Below are positions 9,977 through 18,753 of a DNA stretch of 64,000 nucleotides, in pieces. Every line of letters starts with the position of its first letter. The stretch's first letter is position 1. This DNA is from a virus: positions 3,694 through 67,693 of IMG/VR virus record IMGVR_UViG_3300025736_000023. The stretch is one strand, 5' to 3'. The position numbers and the translations under genes were made by a program. The notes below the pieces were generated by a model. It saw only the letters and a program-made list of their open reading frames with translations, was not told the DNA's origin and did no database searches.

Positions 9977-10234
9977 CTACCTCCAACCTTTACGTAGACG
10001 CTCTTGATAGGTGCTTCGATCTATCCAGTCAGGTCGGCTTTTTACTCTGGTACCTCCTTCAAATCTAGTGCCAAGATTTTTATCCACTGCAGCCTCCCAA
10101 GTATCAAATTTCAACCCGGCATATTTCGCCAGTTGTTCTGCCCAAGAGCCTATTAAGAATTCTACATCACACTCATGTACTCCGCTTCTCAGAATCGCAA
10201 TAGCTAAAGCGGTGCGATACCTAGTTAGTGCCAC
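9977..10234 (-). CDS. Hypothetical protein
   Basis: In operon, overlapping the upstream stop. Confidence 0.6.
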   Translation of the reverse strand: MALTRYRTALAIAILRSGVHECDVEFLIGSWAEQLAKYAGLKFDTWEAAVDKNLGTRFEGGTRVKSRPDWIDRSTYQERLRKGWR

Positions 10235-11256
10235 CAGCTACCTTCTTGTGCATTCTTTGAGATACGATACGACAGTTTGATCAACGAAAGCCTAATCTCA
10301 TTTGCTCGCTCAAGGTTCCCTTGCTCATACATTCGCTGCATTTCTTCTAACCACCATCTCAATTTATCCAGCAGGTGGATAAGATCTCCTTGCTCGTGCT
10401 CTGGCAAAGGCCCGGTATCCTGCGTGTGGATACTTAGCATATATTCTGCCAGTTTACGTGCGTTTGATTCGTCAAGATCGAAATCTATCCATTTCTTGCG
10501 CGCACCTGCAACAAAGATAAACGCAGCAGTGACATAGATGTCTTTCTGTATCTCTTCGTCAAACCATTGAAGCTGCGGGACATATTGCTCGAAATTGCCC
10601 TTGCAATAGGTTTTCCAACCTGTTTCTGCTTTGTGAATTGGCGCTACACCACCGTCAATCCCAACCTCTCCTAGCAACAGCGGTGGGGGCTCAAACCGGG
10701 ATACTTCTTTAATTGTATCGTAAAGCCACCGATAACGCAAACAGTGCGAGCCAGCACGGTCCATCATCGTTGGGGCACTGTATTCATGAGCAATAATGTA
10801 GTTAGCTTTCTGGAACATAGGAGCTAACTCCGCAACGTGTGAAGGATCAATGTGAGGCCAGCCAACACTAAATGCTCCTACACCATTCTGAAAACCGTTC
10901 TCGTGCATCAACTCTGTCCAGCGTATAGTAAACTCAACAAGCATCAAGCGGAAAGTATGCTCACCTACAGGAGGCTCGTTTGGTCCTTGCCAGACCGTCA
11001 CGTAGCGTCTAGCATCGTAAGTCCCCGCTAGACGCTCAAAGTATTCTTCAGCACCTTTTCGACCCTTCAGAATATATCGTAGTTCCTCACTATCTCCCCC
11101 AGGTAGAGGAGCCCTAGCAAGGATATTCACCTGGCCCTCAAAGGGATCTTTTTCTGGCGCTTCAATTAGCAGGCACCAGGCCGCCTGTGCTGACAGCACT
11201 ACATCTTTGGCCCAAGAAGGTATCTTCTGAAATTGAAAAGCAAGTTTGGTGCTCAT
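10225..11256 (-). CDS. Clan GH-A-like glycoside hydrolase, putative endolysin
   Basis: GPNEP acid/base, AHEY and LLGEVG nucleophile-like motifs; next to holin-like genes; ATGA start at 11256. Confidence 0.55.
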   Translation of the reverse strand: MSTKLAFQFQKIPSWAKDVVLSAQAAWCLLIEAPEKDPFEGQVNILARAPLPGGDSEELRYILKGRKGAEEYFERLAGTYDARRYVTVWQGPNEPPVGEHTFRLMLVEFTIRWTELMHENGFQNGVGAFSVGWPHIDPSHVAELAPMFQKANYIIAHEYSAPTMMDRAGSHCLRYRWLYDTIKEVSRFEPPPLLLGEVGIDGGVAPIHKAETGWKTYCKGNFEQYVPQLQWFDEEIQKDIYVTAAFIFVAGARKKWIDFDLDESNARKLAEYMLSIHTQDTGPLPEHEQGDLIHLLDKLRWWLEEMQRMYEQGNLERANEIRLSLIKLSYRISKNAQEGSWWH

Positions 11257-12188
11257 TCGATCACTTCCCATGCAGTGCCAGGGTAACATTCGGCTAGAAT
11301 GTACCCTCCATATTGCATAATGAATATACGTCCACTCGACTCGACTTCGATGGCAATCATGTTAGAAAAAGCCAAACACGTAACCCAATCGCCATCATAC
11401 TGTACACGGAAGATGCCTGTCTCTGGGCGGCCAGCAGGAATGCGCCAGTTCTTTGGCCCCTCCGAGTTGTAGCCCTGTACCCACAATGCTACAGTGCCAT
11501 TATGCGTTAGTGCTGCCCAATAAATCCGATGTTGCTGTATTACCAACAACACAGGGGGGTTCGTCTCCTCTTCCTCCAGACTGTGTTCCTCGATCATTTT
11601 TAACAAGAGCCACGGCAAACGCTCATTTGGATCCAGCGTTGCGGGCGGTTGTGGCATAGGGGGCCAGGTAGGTGTTGGTGGCTCCCATACGGTAGGAGTA
11701 GCAGACGGTCCCGGTGTAGGCGTGCTTGTTGGCTCTGGTGGTAGACTTGGACTAGGCGTTATTGTCGGTTCAGGGGAAGCCACAAATAATGTAAAAGGCC
11801 CTGACGATGCACCCGGAGTGCTATTGAATTTGAATCTGGCTCGCTTACCACTCATCAGCATCACTGAGGCATTGCTAGGTCCTCGAATGCCCTCAATGCT
11901 AATAGGCCCACCGCTGTCAAGTACAAACTCGTACCACTGTCCAGCAATAACGGTAATAGAGTGCTTCCAAACCCCCTGTGCATCTGTTACCCAACAGCGG
12001 GTTTGCCAACAAAGGAGCTCACCAGGCACAGGGGGGTCTAGCTTGACTGTGCAGAGCGTGTTGGTTTGAGATTGGGCGGCGACTGTGTGAAATTTCTCAG
12101 ACTGTGGACCCCACCACCCTAACGTCCACCCGCCGAATAGTGCTAGTATCAGTAAGAGTGCCCAAAATATAGCCCAAAAGAGTTTCAT
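11253..12188 (-). CDS. Membrane-anchored protein with Pro/Thr-rich linker
   Basis: N-terminal hydrophobic segment, central PTPT run. Confidence 0.6.
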   Translation of the reverse strand: MKLFWAIFWALLLILALFGGWTLGWWGPQSEKFHTVAAQSQTNTLCTVKLDPPVPGELLCWQTRCWVTDAQGVWKHSITVIAGQWYEFVLDSGGPISIEGIRGPSNASVMLMSGKRARFKFNSTPGASSGPFTLFVASPEPTITPSPSLPPEPTSTPTPGPSATPTVWEPPTPTWPPMPQPPATLDPNERLPWLLLKMIEEHSLEEEETNPPVLLVIQQHRIYWAALTHNGTVALWVQGYNSEGPKNWRIPAGRPETGIFRVQYDGDWVTCLAFSNMIAIEVESSGRIFIMQYGGYILAECYPGTAWEVIE

Positions 12189-12208
12189 CTATTTGTCTCC
12201 AGTATACA

Positions 12209-13378
12209 CTAGATTTTTTGTATTTCTACCCAAACCTGACAATTCTTACCCCCGCCTTCACTTCTTGCTTCACAGGTTATCTCTGTGCCTGCATTGAAAA
12301 TAAACTCAGTTCCAGAAGGAACAGATAAACCTTCTCTTTTATTAGCATCAAACTGGTAAGTATCGAAGTATGTAGCCCCGCTATCAGCACTGAATCTAAC
12401 ATTCCACCATTCTGTAGAAGCTGGTGCAAATGTAGCACCAACTATTCTAAATGGGAAATCCAGCTCGTCAGCAGCAAACACAGTAAGAGTGTTACCCCAA
12501 GCAACACCAGCCCCCGAAGTTACAGTTTCTCCAACTAGATCATCCGGATCTATTGTAACAGCAAATTGTCCTCGTATATTACTCCAGAGATGGTCATTTA
12601 CTTCATCATCTACGTTCGTTTTGTTCCCGTGAAACAATACACTCCTAAAATGTTGTTCACTACCAGCGTCTAAGTTTAATGCAATTCCACTAGCATGGGA
12701 ACACTCGCCTATATCTATGTCGTTAAATGTATTACCGTCTGAAGTAGCCCCAACAATCTGAATACCCTCAAGACATGAGTGTATGCGTAAATCCCTAAAA
12801 CAAGATCGAGCAAAGTTATCAACCAGTATGCCTCTACAATAAGTAATGTTGCCAAGTATATCTACATCAATAACCTTGGCATGTTTGCCTGTTGTGGCAT
12901 GATCTAAGTGTATGCAAGTCTTTATTGAACCTGCTAAATCCTCACCGACAAACTGGCACCGGGTAATTCTTGACCCGCCATGAGTCATAATTACACCGTT
13001 ATTGCCTGTCCCTAGATGGAAGTTTAAATCTATCAGGGCCACCTTGCCTGTAAACTTCATTACTGCGGTAGCCGATCCATGAGTGTTCTCTATTTTAGCC
13101 CAATTCCTTTGTGAGCCTAGTAGAATATAGTTGCCGGTATATGTCGGATTGCCTGTGGTGTATATGTCGTAGTTGCTTGTATGAGGAGAAATCATTATTA
13201 GGGTACAGTCACCACCATCAGTTGAGGCTGCCGCTAATGCTGCTTGAATAGTGGTAAAAGCCCCACCCCATGTCTTTCCGTTAGTTCCTGCCCCATTTGG
13301 TGAAACATAAAGAGTCTCAGTAACTGCTCTACCGATAATCCCTGCGCCTATTTCTGGTAGATGGCTTATAAATGCCAT
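12209..13378 (-). CDS. Beta-helix (pectin-lyase-like) tail spike / receptor-binding protein
   Basis: LYVSPNG...GKTW..AF.TIQAAL start motif followed by beta-helix periodicity; locally AT-richer. Confidence 0.65.
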   Translation of the reverse strand: MAFISHLPEIGAGIIGRAVTETLYVSPNGAGTNGKTWGGAFTTIQAALAAASTDGGDCTLIMISPHTSNYDIYTTGNPTYTGNYILLGSQRNWAKIENTHGSATAVMKFTGKVALIDLNFHLGTGNNGVIMTHGGSRITRCQFVGEDLAGSIKTCIHLDHATTGKHAKVIDVDILGNITYCRGILVDNFARSCFRDLRIHSCLEGIQIVGATSDGNTFNDIDIGECSHASGIALNLDAGSEQHFRSVLFHGNKTNVDDEVNDHLWSNIRGQFAVTIDPDDLVGETVTSGAGVAWGNTLTVFAADELDFPFRIVGATFAPASTEWWNVRFSADSGATYFDTYQFDANKREGLSVPSGTEFIFNAGTEITCEARSEGGGKNCQVWVEIQKI

Positions 13379-13379
13379 T

Positions 13380-14162
13380 TTAGAACACTCTCCAATTTTC
13401 TGTGGTTTCCCATATAATTATAACGGAGTCTTCATCACTTAACAACTGGGTTAGCTCTCCATTTATCGTTTCTGCACCATTTCCGTCTATGGTTAAATCA
13501 TTGCCAGAAGTGCCACAATTGGTGATGAAAAACCTTTGTCCATCAACCCCTACTGGCAAGGTTAGAGTCCAAGCACCACCATCAGTATCACAATAAATAG
13601 TATCGTCTGTAACTAGGGCAGTGTAGGTTGTGGTTACTCTAGTTGTGTTTACTACTCTACCACCACTTGTTTCAAGCGAAGTGTCTATTTTTAGGCCATT
13701 TAGCAGCGTTGTGGGCACACCAATTTCTAGAGTTTCAGCAGAGGCGTCTACGAAAATAGCAATTAATGTGTCTGTCTTTACTGTAAGGTCGCTATCTGTA
13801 CTGGACCCACTATCATTATTGACTGTTAGTCCTTCGCCCAATATGATACTGCCAGAGTAGACCCTATCTACATTTTCAATTGTAGGGATACGATAGGTTA
13901 CTCGATCACCAGGATTGCCCATCAATTCTACCCAGACACTAGCATCTGCTGTAGCAGGGATACCCATGTTACGTGCTCGCACGGTCCTAGCAGAGTCTCC
14001 AAGCAGCCGAACGTAGACATAACCAGTTCTTCCTGGTACATCTACTATACCTACCGCATCTCCTAGGGTACCTGGCACAAAGCGGTGGGCAGGCTCTACA
14101 TCATCAAACAAGGCAGCCAGACTGCGTACCGCTCGTGCTTTTAGTGTTGCAAGTGTAGACAT
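13380..14162 (-). CDS. Tail fibre / distal tail protein
   Basis: C-terminal TYTA..TD..I.CDT.GGA.TLTLP...GNGAETING fibre motif. Confidence 0.65.
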   Translation of the reverse strand: MSTLATLKARAVRSLAALFDDVEPAHRFVPGTLGDAVGIVDVPGRTGYVYVRLLGDSARTVRARNMGIPATADASVWVELMGNPGDRVTYRIPTIENVDRVYSGSIILGEGLTVNNDSGSSTDSDLTVKTDTLIAIFVDASAETLEIGVPTTLLNGLKIDTSLETSGGRVVNTTRVTTTYTALVTDDTIYCDTDGGAWTLTLPVGVDGQRFFITNCGTSGNDLTIDGNGAETINGELTQLLSDEDSVIIIWETTENWRVF

Positions 14163-14163
14163 G

Positions 14164-17100
14164 TTATGCCCCTATGCCTGGGCGTCGTAGATAGGCAAAG
14201 GCTACCAACTGTAATTCTGTAGTCAATAGGCCAGTTTGGAAATCGATCGCGTTAGCTACAGCTTCCACAAAGAAACGCTTGTTGTCCCAAGCAAGTCCGT
14301 ACCTGGTATCTGCAGCAGCTAAACTAATTTGGATCCCGCCAAGATCCGCGAGATCTACGAAACTATAGTTCCCCAAGCATTTTATTACGACTCTCGGGTA
14401 GGTGTTGTTCTGTATTGAGAATAGCCCCTGAGCTAAGAACTCTGCCTCGTTTTGACTAGACAGTACGCACCCGCTTCTTGTTTGAATGCGCCCTCGATAG
14501 GTAGGAAGCTCTCCTGGATGATAGCCAATAACTGCGGTTGCTGTAGCCCCATCAAATGCAATTCCCTCGACACAAATTACACTAGTAACGGGTTCATCTA
14601 CGAACTCAATTGTGAGGGGGGTTTCCCAGTCCAGAGTACCGAAAGTGTACGGCACAGGGAGATCAGCCCACAAATCGGCTTCAATGGTGTGCTGAGGATC
14701 GTTACATATAGATACTCTCCCAAACCTATCCACGATGATACGAGCAAAAACATCTTTAGCCAAACTGTCCATTTGTCTCCATAGTGCCCCACGACCAAAA
14801 TCCTGATATTTCACCAAGTAGTCGGATGCCTTGTGGGAAATACTTTGCCATAGCTCATAGTAATAAGCTGGCAGAAAGACATCGGTAAGGCGCATTAGGG
14901 TACTGTTCCAAAGTAGCAGGTTCACGAAGGCATAGTTAGGAGTGAGTACATCCTGCTTGGTCCAATCGTCTGCTGTGGTTTCAGCCACATAATCTAGTGC
15001 CAGGCTAAAGTTGTCCCTGTTTTTCATGAGTGTCTGGACACCAGATGTTCGGAATCGTGTAACTCTAGTTTCTGGATCTTTGGTCACACTACCACCAATG
15101 ATGTACCCTACATACTTGACTTCGGAACGATATTCTGGGGGTTCCTCAGAACCAAAATCATACCCGCCTAACTCCTCTTCGGCAAATAGAATAACCTGGG
15201 CACCTTCAGGGAAGTCAGCAATATCTACATCGGTGTAGACCTCAAATTCCGCGTTCCAGCCGCCCTCGGATACGCTTCCACTTAGATTCAAGACATTGAA
15301 GTTTGTATAGGGGGCATTCTCACCTGTGCGCTCAAAAATGTGTACGTATCGGAAAGCGGGATGCCCTCTCCAAGTAGGAACACCTGTTTCTACTTGACAC
15401 TCTACACGAAATACACCCGCTGTTGCCCAGGTAATATCACCGGGGGTCTCTAAATTGGAAGATGGAACTCCTTCAGCGTCGTAAAACTTCCAAGACCACC
15501 ACGCTGGCGGAGTGAGCGGGTTGACGTTGTAACTGTCCTTTGCTGTAAAGTATATGGACGCTGATCCATCCTCCAAAAAGGCGCATGTGGGAGGGCCTAT
15601 GATTGGTACACACATAGTATGTGCCGCTTGCATTGGAAAGTCTACATCCGCTGGTGTGATGTTCCAATCACGATACCAAATCAGCTTTGTGGGATCTCCA
15701 GGATCTATAATCACCCTTGGGAATCTTGCCCACAACTCGATAACGTCATATATCTCAAAGAGGTCTCCAATAGCCCAATCAAGGTCATCTTGCTCTGCCA
15801 CGTGGAGAGTAGCAGCACCTAACTCGTAGCGAAGACGCACTTTGCCTTTGTACACTCCTGCGCTAGTGTAGACTTTTACAGTCATTCCGTGTACACAAAT
15901 GAGTCGTTCTCCTACTGAGTTGATATAAGTTACTTCGGTGCCACCCACACCTGGCGTAACGCTGTCTACTTCGCCACAGAATATCTTCTCTGGTTTATGC
16001 ACAGCGAGGTAGTATTTCCCCCTGTGCGGATGGTTACGTGACGTTGATAGCCTGCCTGAAGGACCACCAGAAGTAACTGTGTCAATCAAGGTCAAACTAT
16101 CTTCTAGGGTACCTTTATCGATTAATCCACCAGGCCAAGTCTGCTCTGCTTCTAACTCTCCCGAGAAAGTGACTCTACCTGTACGTGATCTATGGAACGT
16201 AATACCTGTCTCAGGTGGGTGTGGGGGATCAGGCGGATCATCATCTCGCCTGGTACCAATGTCACTGACACTATCTCCATCGCCTCCGCTCCAAAGTGCT
16301 CCCTCAAGCTCTTTCTTGAACTCTGTTCCACCTGGTGGGGCTGGAGGAATAAAGGCGTCAGTATGACCAAAGAGATTTAGAAAGGTAATAACGCCTGTAT
16401 AGACCTTATGCCAGATAGTGCCGCCAGGTTCTTGTGGTTTGTCAGGATCTTCAGGGTCAAATTCTGGATCGTCTGGAGGAAAAGGTTTGTATATATTCCA
16501 TGGACGCGTATTACCCTGAAGGCCATCAAAGGTTAAAGAACCCTCTAAGGTTTTGAAATAAGGCGTCTTTGCTGGTGTGAGAGTACCAGAGAATGTGAGC
16601 TCCCCAGCAAGTTCTTTTGTGAATTTCTTAGCAGGAAACCCGAAACCGACTCCGGTGGGGCTAAGTCCTGGGCTGTCAAAACTGTCTGAAATGATGCCTG
16701 AGAATCCAGTGTGAATGTAATGTTTGGCGGCAAATAGGTCAGCACTGATTACGTTTGTTCCGTCCCAAGTGATGCCGGTGGGCTCACTGTCTGGACTAGA
16801 ATAACAATTGCTAACCGTGTTAGAGAATCCGACATGCAAATAATGTTTCTGGGAGGAAGCATCTGCACTAATTACATTGGCTCCGTCCCAAGAAATACCT
16901 GTTGGTTGCGTAAAAGGACTGCTATAGCTGTCTGAAATAGAGCTAGAAAACTGTACATGTTTGTAATGTCTATTTGCATTGTTATCTGCGCTTAGTACGT
17001 TTGCTCCGACATCCGTTGTTATTCCTTGTGGGTCTGTACTTGGGCTCCAATAGCTATCTGTAATTGCTGCTGAAAATCCACTGTGTTGATAATGCCTCAT

Positions 17101-17895
17101 TTCGGCATTATCTGCACTAATGGCGTTGTTTTTAAGTGTCCAAGCAATGCCTTGCGGGCTAGGGCCTGGTGAAGCATAACTAGTTATAATAACGCTAGAC
17201 GATTCCAAGTGTAAATAATGCCTGGCTGCTAGAGAATCTGCACTGAGCATGTGCCATATGTTAGTGTAAAAATATCGCCCATCCCAAGTGATTCCAGTTG
17301 GAAAGGTACTTGGGCTTGAATAACAATTGCTAATTGAGGCAGAAAAGCCTACGTGTAGATAGTGTTTATTGACAAGCGCGTCCGCACTAATAACGTTTGT
17401 GCCATCCCAAGTGATTCCAGTTGGGTCGGTACTTGGGCTTGAATAATAATTGCTAATTGAGGCAGAAAAGCCTACGTGTAGATAGTGCTTCGGGCCAGGA
17501 GCATTGTATACACTAATAACGTTTGTGCCATCCCAAGTGATGCCAAAAGGATCTGGACTAGCATAGCTATTGCTAATTGAGGCGGAAAAGCCCGCGTGTA
17601 GATAGTGGCTCTGAACTGTAACGTTATCTGCACTAATAACGTTCTCATCATCCCAAGTGATGCCTCTAGGACCATACCAGGGGCTTGAATAACAATTGCT
17701 AATTGAGGCAGAAAAGCCCACGTGTAGATAGTGCTTATCATAATTCCTGTCTGCACTAATAACGTTTGTGCCATCCCAAGTGATCCCCATTGGGTTATTG
17801 AATGGGCTTGAATAGCTTTCGCTAATTGAGGCAGAAAAGCCTACGTGTAGATAGTGCTTATCGGCTTGTGCGTCCGCACTAATAACGTTTGCCAT
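14164..17895 (-). CDS. Large tail protein: 10 N-terminal ~41-aa beta-propeller repeats, beta-strand repeat stalk, C-terminal hub-like region
   Basis: Repeats NVISAD..KHYLH.GFS.SIS..YSSP...P.GITWDG; position downstream of the tape measure. Confidence 0.7.
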   Translation of the reverse strand: MANVISADAQADKHYLHVGFSASISESYSSPFNNPMGITWDGTNVISADRNYDKHYLHVGFSASISNCYSSPWYGPRGITWDDENVISADNVTVQSHYLHAGFSASISNSYASPDPFGITWDGTNVISVYNAPGPKHYLHVGFSASISNYYSSPSTDPTGITWDGTNVISADALVNKHYLHVGFSASISNCYSSPSTFPTGITWDGRYFYTNIWHMLSADSLAARHYLHLESSSVIITSYASPGPSPQGIAWTLKNNAISADNAEMRHYQHSGFSAAITDSYWSPSTDPQGITTDVGANVLSADNNANRHYKHVQFSSSISDSYSSPFTQPTGISWDGANVISADASSQKHYLHVGFSNTVSNCYSSPDSEPTGITWDGTNVISADLFAAKHYIHTGFSGIISDSFDSPGLSPTGVGFGFPAKKFTKELAGELTFSGTLTPAKTPYFKTLEGSLTFDGLQGNTRPWNIYKPFPPDDPEFDPEDPDKPQEPGGTIWHKVYTGVITFLNLFGHTDAFIPPAPPGGTEFKKELEGALWSGGDGDSVSDIGTRRDDDPPDPPHPPETGITFHRSRTGRVTFSGELEAEQTWPGGLIDKGTLEDSLTLIDTVTSGGPSGRLSTSRNHPHRGKYYLAVHKPEKIFCGEVDSVTPGVGGTEVTYINSVGERLICVHGMTVKVYTSAGVYKGKVRLRYELGAATLHVAEQDDLDWAIGDLFEIYDVIELWARFPRVIIDPGDPTKLIWYRDWNITPADVDFPMQAAHTMCVPIIGPPTCAFLEDGSASIYFTAKDSYNVNPLTPPAWWSWKFYDAEGVPSSNLETPGDITWATAGVFRVECQVETGVPTWRGHPAFRYVHIFERTGENAPYTNFNVLNLSGSVSEGGWNAEFEVYTDVDIADFPEGAQVILFAEEELGGYDFGSEEPPEYRSEVKYVGYIIGGSVTKDPETRVTRFRTSGVQTLMKNRDNFSLALDYVAETTADDWTKQDVLTPNYAFVNLLLWNSTLMRLTDVFLPAYYYELWQSISHKASDYLVKYQDFGRGALWRQMDSLAKDVFARIIVDRFGRVSICNDPQHTIEADLWADLPVPYTFGTLDWETPLTIEFVDEPVTSVICVEGIAFDGATATAVIGYHPGELPTYRGRIQTRSGCVLSSQNEAEFLAQGLFSIQNNTYPRVVIKCLGNYSFVDLADLGGIQISLAAADTRYGLAWDNKRFFVEAVANAIDFQTGLLTTELQLVAFAYLRRPGIGA
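17270..17895 (-). repeat. Five ~123-bp tandem coding repeats
   Basis: atcccaagtgat recurs at 17281, 17404, 17530, 17650 and 17773 with near-identical framework DNA. Confidence 0.9.
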
Positions 17896-17897
17896 TA

Positions 17898-18365
17898 TTA
17901 TGCCAGTTCAATCCGCAAACGTATTAGCCAGGTTTGACCGGCACGTTTTTCACCTTGATCAGACACCTTTCGGTTAAGATTCGTTCCTCCTGTTCTGTTG
18001 CGTACACAGAACTCGTTCCAATAGTATTCAGCCTCACCGTCTGCGAAGGAGCTTCTAAAGTCTACTCTCTGTAAAGCTCCAGAAACAGGGTATCCTGCCT
18101 CCATTCCGTTATACTTGGTGTTCACGGCAGCCTGCAAACCCAGTTGAGCGCCTGCAGCAGCGGTGTCATCATCACCTACGCCAATCTCTGCATTGGAGTT
18201 ATCGAAATGGTTAGCATTTGCGCCAGTCATCAAGTCGAACAGTAGATTGATACCCGCGTGCAATCCACAGTTATGCTTGAATTCAGTCACATTGTAGGGC
18301 TCAGTAGCCCCTGTGATGTAACGCTCAATACGCCAGGAGGCTTTCCATTGCAATAGCTCCTTCAT
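17898..18365 (-). CDS. Fibre-anchor/collar-like structural protein
   Basis: IGVGDDDTAA...WNEF.V.N.....LNR pattern; resembles 38431-39018. Confidence 0.5.
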   Translation of the reverse strand: MKELLQWKASWRIERYITGATEPYNVTEFKHNCGLHAGINLLFDLMTGANANHFDNSNAEIGVGDDDTAAAGAQLGLQAAVNTKYNGMEAGYPVSGALQRVDFRSSFADGEAEYYWNEFCVRNRTGGTNLNRKVSDQGEKRAGQTWLIRLRIELA

Positions 18366-18749
18366 TTATACAGCCTCCAGGTGAGTGAATCTAAAGGTGA
18401 TATTGGTCCAGCCACCCATTGTAGGCGTGGCCTCGTCTGGTATTATAGGCCGGTGCATAACGGCAGAGTAGGTGGCATAGGTGTTATCTGGTCTTCGTGT
18501 GTTTATGTAGAGGCTGATAGAGGCGTCTGAGCCAAGGAAGGCTAACATAGTAACCCAGTCATTCCAGGATAGAAAATCGAAAACCCACTGGCACAGGGGG
18601 TACCCATCGCCTACAGCAATTCCTGTACCTCCTGTGTGGACGACGGGAGTGTACACGAACGTTGTGCCGGTTGGTGGCGTATCAATAATATCTTCTATGT
18701 TGTCCATATCTGTTGATGAGGTATCTATTTTATACTCGTAAGTTGCCAT
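18366..18749 (-). CDS. Distal tail (Dit-like) protein
   Basis: Immediately after the tape measure; size and W.F..L pattern fit. Confidence 0.5.
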   Translation of the reverse strand: MATYEYKIDTSSTDMDNIEDIIDTPPTGTTFVYTPVVHTGGTGIAVGDGYPLCQWVFDFLSWNDWVTMLAFLGSDASISLYINTRRPDNTYATYSAVMHRPIIPDEATPTMGGWTNITFRFTHLEAV

Positions 18750-18753
18750 GTGC

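Noticed and set aside
16640-17895. Diversity-generating retroelement (TR/VR)
   Set aside because: No reverse transcriptase in the window; the differences include indels and are not adenine-specific; all copies are coding
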